A stretch of DNA of 64,000 nucleotides from positions 2,272,001-2,336,000 of the forward strand of contig CBDCTZ010000016.1 in NCBI GenBank assembly GCA_965222375.1, given 5' to 3'. Source of the DNA: Polyangiaceae bacterium. GTDB lineage: Bacteria > Myxococcota_A > Polyangia > Polyangiales > Polyangiaceae. Positions 19,666 through 28,192 of the stretch are shown in pieces; position 1 is the first letter of the stretch; each line of letters begins with the position of its first letter. Made by a program: the position numbers and the translations under genes. The notes under the pieces are model-generated. The model searched no databases. It was not told the origin of the DNA and saw only the letters and a list, made by a program, of their open reading frames with translations.

Positions 19666-20832
19666 GTGCGCATTCGTTTCGCGGAACCCGGAGACGAAGA
19701 GGAGGCAGCCCGCCGCCAGCTATTCGACCAAGTAGAGCAGTGCGTCGAGCGGCTGTGTGAGCAGACGTCCGAGATTTCCAGGGGCCGGTTGAGCACGGAG
19801 TTGTGCGAAACGTTCCTCGCGCTGGAGTCTCGCCTAGCCCTCTCTCTGGCGGACGGTCGCGACGGTCAGAAGCGCCTTTGTGTGTCTGCCCGTGGATCGC
19901 GGGAGCTCGATCTCCTCGTCGACTTGCTAGCCAGCAAGGCTCGCGCGGCGGGGACGGCGCTGCAGAGCTATGCCGCTCCCATGGGCACGGGCGAAGCCCT
20001 GAGACGCGTGCACGAAGACACGGGCCTCGACCTTCAGCAGGCCCGCGTGCGGGTCGGATTCGGGCGGGGACACCTTTTGGATGTGCTCGTGCTGGCTCCG
20101 GCCTTTCCTGGCGCCGAGGATGAGGTGAGCTTGAACGCCTCCGAGGTTCTGGTCGAGGGAATTCTCGGGGAGCGGGTGTTGGACCATTGGGTGCGCGACA
20201 TCAGCTGCGCCCCTCTGTCGAGAGGCGGACCCTTGAAGTTGATCCAGGCCGGGCCCGTCCAGCCCGAGACCTTGCCCTTGGTTGAGCTTTCGCCGGCCGT
20301 GAGCGCGGCCATCGAGGGGCTGGTGGCGGGCCTTCCGGACGCGCCTTGGTCAAAGCAACCCAGGACTACGGGGTGGACGATGTTCGAGGTGGAGCCCGAA
20401 CTAGCCAGTGACTATCGACACCAGGATGATCTCGCCGTAGCCACCACCATTGCGCCCGAAATGCTCAAGTGCTTCCTGGAGCGGGCGCCGTTTTCCTCGC
20501 TCAGGTTTTCCCGGCACGGGGAGATGTTTGCGTACTTGAAGGTAGAGGCGACCGGAGAATCTGTCGCGCGGCTGGCGCAGCGTCAGGTATTCGAAGATGC
20601 CCTAGGGGATGTGCTTGGCCCTGGGATTGGTTGTGTGGTTGGTAACGGTCTTGGAATTCGATACTTCTATCTGGATCTCGCCTTGGAAGACGTGACGAAG
20701 GCGCTACCCATCCTTCGTGGGACCTGCAGCGAGCTTCTGAACACCCGCCGTGCCTGGTTACTGTTCTGCGATAGCGCCTATGCCAACGAATGGGTCGGGA
20801 TGCTTCCTGACACGCCGCCGCCACCAGCGTGA
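19666..20832 (+). CDS. Hypothetical protein
   Basis: 388-aa ORF filling the gap, globular composition; family not recognised. Confidence 0.7.
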   Translation: MRIRFAEPGDEEEAARRQLFDQVEQCVERLCEQTSEISRGRLSTELCETFLALESRLALSLADGRDGQKRLCVSARGSRELDLLVDLLASKARAAGTALQSYAAPMGTGEALRRVHEDTGLDLQQARVRVGFGRGHLLDVLVLAPAFPGAEDEVSLNASEVLVEGILGERVLDHWVRDISCAPLSRGGPLKLIQAGPVQPETLPLVELSPAVSAAIEGLVAGLPDAPWSKQPRTTGWTMFEVEPELASDYRHQDDLAVATTIAPEMLKCFLERAPFSSLRFSRHGEMFAYLKVEATGESVARLAQRQVFEDALGDVLGPGIGCVVGNGLGIRYFYLDLALEDVTKALPILRGTCSELLNTRRAWLLFCDSAYANEWVGMLPDTPPPPA

Positions 20833-20836
20833 GCCC

Positions 20837-21886
20837 CTACGGCTCACGAGGGCAGGTGGCATCCAGGGCCCTTGCCAAGGCATCCATTTCCCGAATGTCC
20901 GATAGCCGCTGCAAGGCATCGCGCACTTTGTCGATGGTTGGCCCTACGAAGGGAAGGAAGTGGGGGTTGCCTCGTTCTTTCTCGATGAAAACGAAGCGCC
21001 CTGCATCCTTGAGCTTCCGCTGCACCGTCACCAAATCGAACTCTCGCCCGACCGAGCGACGGCCGTCGGTATCCAGTCCCGCCTGGCGCGCGTACTCATC
21101 CAGACGCTCTTCTACGAAGCTACGAGTGAAGCTCTGATAGCTGTCACTGAGAAGTGCCACCAAGTCGTAGACACGGGGACCGAGGAGGGCGTCCTGGAAG
21201 TCGATCCAAATCAGTTCGGCTCCAGCCGCTCCGGAGCGAACCATTAGATTTCGGCTTTGGTAGTCGCGATGCACGAAGTACCGCGGGAAGCTCGATATGG
21301 TTTCTGCGAGATAGTCGCGAGCGGTCGAAAACACCGAATCCTGCTCGGCGTCCAGCTGCGTGCCGCGAGCTTCAAGCGCCCACTCTCGAAAGTGGTCGAC
21401 CTCCCAGCGCAACAAGTCTTCATCAAAAGCGCGGCTGCGCACGACGCTGTCTTCCGGCAGTGGTTCCAGGGCTTGTTGGGCTCGCGCCAAGTCCCGAACG
21501 GCGCTCTGGTACAATGAGACTCGCTGGTCTGGAAACTGCTGCAGATAGTTGGCTAGGGTGTCGTCACCTAGGTCCTCGACCAGAATGAAGCCCTCGTCAC
21601 AGGCCTGGCCCAAGAGGTCGGGGACGCGCACGCCTCGTTCTTCGAGCAGCTGTCGTACTTCCAGGAAAGGCCATACCTTGCGCTTGCCCCCGGACTTGTC
21701 GATTTCGTCGGAACGATTCGCATCCGGCACGAACATGGCGATGGCGGCGCTCCCAGACGGCAGCTTCACACGAAAAAATTGCCGCGTTGATGCCCCGCCG
21801 GGCATTGGGTCGATGGCAACGGAGCCTGCGGATGCGCCGGCCATTTTCAGGACAATGGCCTCGAGTTGGTCTAACGGTGCGCTCAT
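20837..21886 (-). CDS. Aminoglycoside-phosphotransferase-family kinase, AmgK-like
   Basis: GGASTRQFFRV, EDLGD, HRDYQSRNLM, IDFQDALLGP, YDLVALL, QRKLK. Confidence 0.82.
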   Translation of the reverse strand: MSAPLDQLEAIVLKMAGASAGSVAIDPMPGGASTRQFFRVKLPSGSAAIAMFVPDANRSDEIDKSGGKRKVWPFLEVRQLLEERGVRVPDLLGQACDEGFILVEDLGDDTLANYLQQFPDQRVSLYQSAVRDLARAQQALEPLPEDSVVRSRAFDEDLLRWEVDHFREWALEARGTQLDAEQDSVFSTARDYLAETISSFPRYFVHRDYQSRNLMVRSGAAGAELIWIDFQDALLGPRVYDLVALLSDSYQSFTRSFVEERLDEYARQAGLDTDGRRSVGREFDLVTVQRKLKDAGRFVFIEKERGNPHFLPFVGPTIDKVRDALQRLSDIREMDALARALDATCPREP

Positions 21887-21948
21887 CGGTCGATTCTGGG
21901 CACTGCTTCTACCCCGATGCGGTTGGCTGCGGTAGACGATTTGCGTCG

Positions 21949-22602
21949 ATGAGCCTGCAACCCATAGGCGACGCCTGGACTCCGCTTCTGACGCGTGCTG
22001 CAGAGATTTTGTGTAGCGAGACCGGTTTGGCGCTCCCCAATGCTGTGGATTGGTCCCGCTTCGCGCGTCTGCTCGATCGCGTCGCCACTTGGACCTCCCG
22101 TGTCGATCTCACGGCTGCCCGCGGCGCCGAGTCCCTTGTGGATATCTACTTGGTGGATGCGCTACTGCTGGCAGCTCTGCTGCCGAGGGACTGTGGACGC
22201 GTGGTCGATGTGGGCAGCGGTGGGGGAGCCCCAGGCCTATGCGCAGCACTTCTGCGTCCGGAGTTGCGCATCACTCTGCTGGAACCGAGAGCGAAGCGAG
22301 TGGCCTTTCTGCGCACAAGTGCCGAGGAGCTCGGCTGCAAGAACGTGGAGGTTCGTCGCGGTCGCAGTGAAGATGTTGCAAACGGCGCATTCGACGTGGC
22401 GCTGAGCCGGGCGACCTTTGGGCCCGAGGAGTGGTTGCGGGAGGGTGCTCGAATCGCGAACCACGTCGTCTGGGTCTTCCTGGCTGGTGCGGAGCCGCCG
22501 TCCTTGCCTGGCTGGCGCGTCACGAAGGACGTCGACTACCGTCAACCCTTCAGCAGTGCGCAACGTCGAACGCTGTGCTTCTCGAGGGAAGATGACTCCT
22601 AG
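21949..22602 (+). CDS. rsmG: 16S rRNA m7G527 methyltransferase
   Basis: DVGSGGGAPG, LLEPRAKRVAFL, SRA. Confidence 0.88.
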   Translation: MSLQPIGDAWTPLLTRAAEILCSETGLALPNAVDWSRFARLLDRVATWTSRVDLTAARGAESLVDIYLVDALLLAALLPRDCGRVVDVGSGGGAPGLCAALLRPELRITLLEPRAKRVAFLRTSAEELGCKNVEVRRGRSEDVANGAFDVALSRATFGPEEWLREGARIANHVVWVFLAGAEPPSLPGWRVTKDVDYRQPFSSAQRRTLCFSREDDS

Positions 22603-23041
22603 TCCGGACTCAGTGGTCCACGGGCGACTTTGCCTGGAGCGCCGTCGAGGGTTGGAGGATGGCGTCCCGGATGACGATGCTGAAACCGGGCTGATTCCGA
22701 AGGATGCAGAGGAGATCTGCTGTCGGTCCTGCGGCGCCTCGATCACCACCGACGCTCATCTGTTTTCACCGGACCCGTCCGGCCCCGAGTACGTTTTCGA
22801 GAACCCCGCGGGCGTGATCTGTGAGATCACATGTTTCGGGGCGTGTTGGGGGTTGAGGTTCCTTGGGGGGGCGGAGCAGGCGCACACCTGGTTTTTGGGC
22901 TTCTCGTGGCGCATTGCATCGTGCGAAGCCTGCTCGATCCATCTGGGCTGGCGCTTCGAGGCCGACGGTGCGCAAGATCCCCCCTGGTTTTTCGGCCTTC
23001 TGACCGGGAAGCTGGCCAGGCGGGGCGCCGCCAGCCCCTGA
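22592..23041 (+). CDS. Bacterial cereblon (CULT-domain) protein
   Basis: CxxC pairs (CRSC, CEAC), NPAG, HTWFLGFSW, HLGWRF, FFGL. Confidence 0.88.
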   Translation: MTPSPDSVVHGRLCLERRRGLEDGVPDDDAETGLIPKDAEEICCRSCGASITTDAHLFSPDPSGPEYVFENPAGVICEITCFGACWGLRFLGGAEQAHTWFLGFSWRIASCEACSIHLGWRFEADGAQDPPWFFGLLTGKLARRGAASP

Positions 23042-23165
23042 CCGGGGAGGGATCTCGCGACGGGCGCGTAGGATTCTGAGTGCCTGGGACCTGCCACGAC
23101 GCACCTGGACCCAAGGCGTCGCGGCTCTAGCCGGTCGTGGCCGTCTTTTCCCGGCTTTTTCGGCC

Positions 23166-23181
23166 TGGCATGGGCGCTGCA
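23166..23181 (+). promoter_or_regulatory. sigma54 (-24/-12) promoter-like site upstream of the yceI operon
   Basis: TGGCATGGGCGCTGCA, GG-N10-GC. Confidence 0.5.
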
Positions 23182-23295
23182 TCGACATGGCTTGCGAGCC
23201 GGTCGTCAAAACTTCGGACAAAGACAACCAAATCGCTGAATCTGACGATAATCAACTCCGTCCAATTTCGGTCTCGCCAAAGGAGCCCTCCGATC

Positions 23296-23841
23296 ATGAA
23301 GCGCAGCTTTCTCATTGCATCCGCACTTGTACTTGGTCTTGCCGTTCCCATGGCGGCGTCCGCGAAGTTCGAAGATGCGGGGGATGAAGACGTGCGCTTC
23401 CTCGCGTTGGGTCCGGCAGGGATGAAGATCAACGGTAAGGCTTCTGACCTCTCCGCGAAGGAGTCGGGTGGGAAGCTCAAGATCTCGGTGCCCGTCAATG
23501 ACTTGAAGACCGGCATTGGCCTGCGCGACAAGCACCTCAAGAAGTACATCAAGGCCGGCAAGAACAAGCGCGCGGTGCTCGTGGTGGAGCGCAGCAGGCT
23601 CAAGCTGCCCGGTGACAAGAAGACCGTAAAGGGGAGTGCCACGGGCAAGCTCAAGCTCGCCGGCGTGACCAAACCGCTGAGGTTCACCTACAAGGCAAAG
23701 CGCACGGGCAGCGACTATCATGTGCAGGGGCGCGCGACCGTCGACATCCGCAAGCACAATATCGAAGTGCCCTGCTACCTCGGGGTCTGCGTTAAGCCCA
23801 AGGTGAAGCTGAAGGTCAAGTTCAAGCTTCGCGACAACTAA
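23296..23841 (+). CDS. YceI-like polyisoprenoid-binding periplasmic protein
   Basis: AGGAG RBS, signal peptide, LKTGIGLRDKHL, GKLKLAGVTKP. Confidence 0.85.
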   Translation: MKRSFLIASALVLGLAVPMAASAKFEDAGDEDVRFLALGPAGMKINGKASDLSAKESGGKLKISVPVNDLKTGIGLRDKHLKKYIKAGKNKRAVLVVERSRLKLPGDKKTVKGSATGKLKLAGVTKPLRFTYKAKRTGSDYHVQGRATVDIRKHNIEVPCYLGVCVKPKVKLKVKFKLRDN

Positions 23842-23909
23842 GGCCTGAACTCACGTCGATACCAGCAAGTATTTGACGCGACAGCAGTTGTGGTGAAAAA
23901 GTCGGGGCA

Positions 23910-25394
23910 ATGAGTTCCCGCCGCTTGGCCCCAAGCATTGCTCGCCTAGGGCCCATGCTTGCCGCTTTGACAGCCTTTGCGGCACTGGTCGTCTGGGCCG
24001 AACCTGCCAGCGCATATTCCTGGATGATCCGCCACGGGTACGGCGGCTGCAACGTGTGCCACGCGGATCCGTCCGGCGGCGAACTGCTGACCGCCTACGG
24101 GCGCACCCAAGGCGATCTGATTCTGCGAATGCGTTACGGATCCGATAGCGATTCCGCCGCCTCCAGCGCCACTGAGTCGGAGAGCACGGATTCCTTCGAC
24201 GACTTCGATGACTTCGACGATGAACCGAAGGGCAAAGAGGCCGGCGATGACGACCTGAAGAAGTCCAAGAAGGGCAAGAAAGCGCGCCGGGAAGACGACG
24301 TGGAGGATCTTGACTCCGCAGATGCGGCAGACGAGGCGTCCAAGAAGAAGAAGGAGAAGAAAAAGAAAGCGGACGAAGAAGAGGACGAGGACGTAGACGA
24401 CGGTTCAGGCAATAGCTTCCTGTGGGGCTTGATCGGGCTGCCTGACTCTCTATTGTTGGGCGGAAGCTATCGGCACGTCAGCTTGCTCAAAGGTGGAGAG
24501 TTTCGGAACTTCCCGATGCAGGCAGATCTGTACGGGCAGTTGACCGTCGGGAGTATTCGTTTCGGCGGCAGCATCGGCGCCGCTCGCGTTCCGGCTGGCT
24601 CACCTCACGCTCGTGGCGCACAGGTGACAGCCAACCAAGGAGAGGAATTCAACGTCATCTCCCGCACACACTGGATTGGCTACGACTTCGGTAGCAGTCG
24701 CCAGGTAACCCTGCGGGCTGGAAGGTTGAATCTGCCCTTCGGGGTTCGCATCCCGGAGCACGTGATGTGGGTGCGGGAGGCAACGCGCACGGACCGGGAG
24801 AGCGACCAGCATCACGGCGCTGCGATCTCCTACAATGGTTCGCTTTTTCGCGGCGAAGCGATGTTTGTTGCGGGCAACTACCAGGTGAATCCCGATCGCT
24901 ATCGGGAGCGGGGCTACAGCCTATACGTCGAGACCCTCGTAACCGAGCCCTTCGCGACTGGAGTCAGTAGTCTGATGACTTTCGCAGAGGCCGACGTTCT
25001 CACCCTCGAAGAAGAGTCTACAGCCAGGGGGACCCACGGGATCTTCTTTCGGGTCAAGGTTTCAGAGCCCGTCGTCTTGCTCTTCGAAGCTGATGCACTT
25101 CACAAGTCCCGGCGAGAACTCGGCTATGTGGGTTTTCTTCAGGCGGACTACGAGCCTATTCAGGGTCTGCACTTGGGAGCGACCGGAGAGGTGCTGGACA
25201 AGGGCTATAAGCCCGAAGAAAGCAGTGTGCCCGGCATCGACGTTCCGCGCGTAGCGGGCCTGGGCAAGCCACGACTCGGCGGGTGGCTCACCGTTGATTG
25301 GTTCTTCTTGCCGCAGTTTGAACTACGAGTGGACGCCATCCTTCGTCAAGAAGATCCGTTTCTGCTGATGGGGCAGCTTCATGTCTACCTCTAA
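23910..25394 (+). CDS. Fused monoheme c-type cytochrome / outer-membrane beta-barrel (Cyc2-like architecture)
   Basis: Signal peptide; CNVCH 11 residues after cleavage; LTAYGR; RAGRLNLPFG; amphipathic strands; C-terminal QLHVYL. Confidence 0.68.
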   Translation: MSSRRLAPSIARLGPMLAALTAFAALVVWAEPASAYSWMIRHGYGGCNVCHADPSGGELLTAYGRTQGDLILRMRYGSDSDSAASSATESESTDSFDDFDDFDDEPKGKEAGDDDLKKSKKGKKARREDDVEDLDSADAADEASKKKKEKKKKADEEEDEDVDDGSGNSFLWGLIGLPDSLLLGGSYRHVSLLKGGEFRNFPMQADLYGQLTVGSIRFGGSIGAARVPAGSPHARGAQVTANQGEEFNVISRTHWIGYDFGSSRQVTLRAGRLNLPFGVRIPEHVMWVREATRTDRESDQHHGAAISYNGSLFRGEAMFVAGNYQVNPDRYRERGYSLYVETLVTEPFATGVSSLMTFAEADVLTLEEESTARGTHGIFFRVKVSEPVVLLFEADALHKSRRELGYVGFLQADYEPIQGLHLGATGEVLDKGYKPEESSVPGIDVPRVAGLGKPRLGGWLTVDWFFLPQFELRVDAILRQEDPFLLMGQLHVYL

Positions 25395-25893
25395 GAACAA
25401 GCTTTGGGCGTTTGCGGTCACCATGGGGGCTGCTTGTCTGCTGTTTCCGGCGAAGGCGGTAGCCTCGCCGGGCTACCCGACCGAAATCTTCGACGCCATC
25501 GACATGGATTGTCCCCCGCCTTGTGCGGTCTGCCATCAGGATCAAACTGGTGGTGCCGGCACGGCGACGAAAGTCTTCGCGGATGCGATGGTCAACGAAG
25601 GGCTCGAGGGCGAAAACGACGGTTCGGTCAAGCCTGCCCTCGAAGCGCTGGACGCCGCGGGCACGGACAGTGATGGCGACGGGGTTGGCGACCTCAGCGA
25701 ACTCAAGCAGGGGCGCAATCCGAACATCTCTGGGGATTCGCCCATCTGTGGGCCGCAGTATGGTTGTGGGGCCCGCATCGCGAAGCCGCCCGCCGCCGTG
25801 GACTCCCAGGCCGCTTTGCTCGCGGTGCTCGTTGCCGGGCTCCTAGTGCTCGGCTCCCGTCGTCGTCGGATCAGTCCGTCGAAGCGTCGCTGA
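25381..25893 (+). CDS. Small monoheme (CxxCH) protein with DxDxDG loop and MYXO-CTERM-like anchor
   Basis: Signal peptide, CAVCH, DSDGDGVGDLSEL, GCG-hydrophobic helix-RRRR; overlaps upstream gene by 14 nt. Confidence 0.75.
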   Translation: MSTSKNKLWAFAVTMGAACLLFPAKAVASPGYPTEIFDAIDMDCPPPCAVCHQDQTGGAGTATKVFADAMVNEGLEGENDGSVKPALEALDAAGTDSDGDGVGDLSELKQGRNPNISGDSPICGPQYGCGARIAKPPAAVDSQAALLAVLVAGLLVLGSRRRRISPSKRR

Positions 25894-26437
25894 CGCTTCC
25901 GCCCGTTCCCGCGCCGCCCGTTCCTGCCCCACCGGTTCCCGCCCCACCGGTTCCCGCCCCACCGGTTCCGGCTCCGCCGCTGCCTGCTGCGCCGCCGGTT
26001 GCCGCGCCGCCACTGCCTGCTGCGCCGCCGGTTGCCGCGCCGCCACTGCCTGCTGCGCCGCCGGTTGCCGCGCCGCCACTGCCCGCTGCGCCGCCGGTTG
26101 CCGCGCCGCCGCTGCCCGCTGCGCCACCGGTTGCGGTGCCGCCGCTGCCTGCTGCGCCGCCGGTCGCCGCGCCGCCACTGCCCGCTGCGCCGCCACTGCC
26201 CGCTGCGCCGCCACTGCCGGCAGCGCCGCCGCTACTACCGGCGGAGCCGCCCGAGCCACTCGAGCCGGCTGCGCCACTTGAGCCAGCGCTTCCGCCGGAC
26301 CCAGAGGTTCCGCCCGCGGAAGCGTCAGTGCTCCTGCCCGGGTCGATTTCACTGCGATCCACGTCAGTGATCAGGGCGCAGCCAACTGGTATCGCCAGCA
26401 CCAACCCAAACGCAACCAACCGTTTTGCTGCTGGCAT
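25871..26437 (-). CDS. Gly-rich repeat lipoprotein (paralogue 2)
   Basis: Lipobox VGC then ALITDVDRSEI; GGAATGGAAGS and GGAGT repeats. Confidence 0.72.
   Translation of the reverse strand: MPAAKRLVAFGLVLAIPVGCALITDVDRSEIDPGRSTDASAGGTSGSGGSAGSSGAAGSSGSGGSAGSSGGAAGSGGAAGSGGAAGSGGAATGGAAGSGGTATGGAAGSGGAATGGAAGSGGAATGGAAGSGGAATGGAAGSGGAATGGAAGSGGAGTGGAGTGGAGTGGAGTGGAGTGGSVSDASTD
25895..26240. repeat. Coding tandem repeats (15-, 33- and 18-bp units)
   Basis: GGAGT x5, GGAATGGAAGS x~6, GGAAGS x~3 on minus strand. Confidence 0.85.
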
Positions 26438-26463
26438 CTTGTAAGCGCTTTCTTGTTGGGGTC

Positions 26464-27027
26464 TCAATCAGAACTAGCGTCGCCCGCATCCGCGCCAGAG
26501 GTGCCGCCGGTAGCGCCGCCATCCGTACCACCGGTGCCGCCGGTAGCGCCGCCAGTGCCGCCTGTTGCGCCGCCGGTGCCGCCTGTTGCGCCACCAGTGC
26601 CACCTGTTGCGCCGCCAGTGCCGCCGGTTGCGCCACCGGTGCCGCCTGTTGCGCCGCCAGTGCCGCCGGTAGCGCCACCGGTGCCGCCGGTAGCGCCGCC
26701 AGCGCCACCTGTCGCAGCGTCAGCTCCAGCAGAACCTCCGGTGCTCGCGTCCGCTCCCGCGGACCCGCCAGTGCCTGCGTCCGCCCCCGCGGAGCCTCCG
26801 GAACCGGACGCGCCGCCCGAACCGGACGCGCCGCCCGAACCGGACGCGCCGCCCGAACCGGACGCGCCGCCCGAACCGGACGCGCCGCCTGTGCCCGCGG
26901 CGCCTCCGGTGGTGCCCTCGGGGATTTCGTCGCGATCTACGTCCGTGATGAGCGTGCAGCCCGCTCCAAAGGCGAGTGCTACCGCGCTATAAAAGACAAG
27001 CTTGTTCCAAGTCGTGCTCGTGCGCAT
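26464..27027 (-). CDS. Gly-rich repeat lipoprotein (paralogue 1)
   Basis: Lipobox AGC then TLITDVDRDEI; GGASGS, GGSAGADA, GGATGGT repeats. Confidence 0.72.
   Translation of the reverse strand: MRTSTTWNKLVFYSAVALAFGAGCTLITDVDRDEIPEGTTGGAAGTGGASGSGGASGSGGASGSGGASGSGGASGSGGSAGADAGTGGSAGADASTGGSAGADAATGGAGGATGGTGGATGGTGGATGGTGGATGGTGGATGGTGGATGGTGGATGGTGGATGGTGGTDGGATGGTSGADAGDASSD
26500..26890. repeat. Coding tandem repeats (21-bp GGATGGT and 18-bp GGASGS units)
   Basis: gaaccggacgcgccgccc repeated; about 8 copies of the 21-bp unit. Confidence 0.85.
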
Positions 27028-27241
27028 CGGGGTACCTCTTCGGTCCAAATTGACCGGTGCCCATTGTTCTCGCTGGCCGCTCGAAAGGCAAGGCCGACCG
27101 CCCGATATCCTCGTGCCCTGGGCCCAAGAGCTAGAGTTGTCGGTAGCTGACTCGGCACAAAACGCCCCCTCCACGGGGTTTGGGCCCGCCGCAGTCGGTG
27201 CGGCATTGCGGCTGCGTGCGCCCGCTGCAAGAAGGGACGCT

Positions 27242-28126
27242 GTGCCTGGCGTCGATGTTCATTTGGTGGATGGTACGTACGAGTTGTTTCGCGCGTTCTA
27301 CGGAGCTCCCAGCGCGACCGGCGCGGGAGGCGCGGAGGTTGGTGCATGTGTCGGTCTAGCCAACTCTCTCGCTGCGCTACTTCGACGCGACGATGTGACG
27401 CACGTGGCTTGCGCCTTTGACCACGTCGTCGAGTCCTTTCGAAATGACCTTTTCGACGGCTACAAGACCGGGGCAGGAATCGAGCCCGAGTTGCTGGCGC
27501 AGTTTCACCCTGCTGAAGATGGTGTTCGAGCGTTGGGAGTCACGGTTTGGCCCATGGTGGAGTTCGAAGCAGACGACGCCTTGGCGACGGCTGCGGCTGC
27601 CTTCGCGGACCATCCGGATGTCGAGCGCGTCGTGATCTGCACGCCCGACAAAGATCTGGCCCAATGCGTGCGTGGCGCGCGGGTCGTTTGCTGGGATCGG
27701 GCGCGAGAACGAATCACAGATGAACCGGGTGTTCACGAGCGCTTCGGAGTGGCTCCCGCGTCGATTCCCGACTACCTGGCGCTCGTTGGCGACAGTGCCG
27801 ACGGCATTCCAGGGATCCCCAAGTGGGGCGCGAAGTCGTCTGCCGTCGTTCTCTCACGATATGGTCATCTGGAGGACATTCCCTCGAAGGTCGAGGATTG
27901 GGATGTCAAAGTGCGCGGGGCCAAGACCCTGTCCGCCAACTTGGAGGCCGGTCGAACAGAAGCTCGGCTGTACCGGACCCTTGCGACCTTGCGCGACGAC
28001 GTGCCCCTGGAGCTGTCGTTGGCGAGGCTCGAGTGGCAGGGGGCGGATCGCGCCCAGCTGCAGCGCTTCGCAGATCGGGTCGGAAGCCAGCGAATCATGG
28101 ACCGGGTCAGCCGTTTTTCGGACTAA
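27242..28126 (+). CDS. Stand-alone 5'-3' exonuclease / flap endonuclease
   Basis: LVDGTYELFRAFY, AFD, SFRNDLFDGYK, EADDAL, DKDLAQ, LVGDSADGIPGIPKWGAKS. Confidence 0.92.
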   Translation: MPGVDVHLVDGTYELFRAFYGAPSATGAGGAEVGACVGLANSLAALLRRDDVTHVACAFDHVVESFRNDLFDGYKTGAGIEPELLAQFHPAEDGVRALGVTVWPMVEFEADDALATAAAAFADHPDVERVVICTPDKDLAQCVRGARVVCWDRARERITDEPGVHERFGVAPASIPDYLALVGDSADGIPGIPKWGAKSSAVVLSRYGHLEDIPSKVEDWDVKVRGAKTLSANLEAGRTEARLYRTLATLRDDVPLELSLARLEWQGADRAQLQRFADRVGSQRIMDRVSRFSD

Positions 28127-28192
28127 CGCCCGGACTTTCGCCGCAGAGCAGGGCTCGGTTTTGAGCTTCGGCGCTCCTCGGACTACGCTTGG

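Noticed and set aside
25764..27150. Pro-rich and Cys/Ala-rich plus-strand ORFs over the repeats
   Set aside because: Antisense shadows of the two Gly-rich lipoproteins, which have lipoboxes and a shared motif
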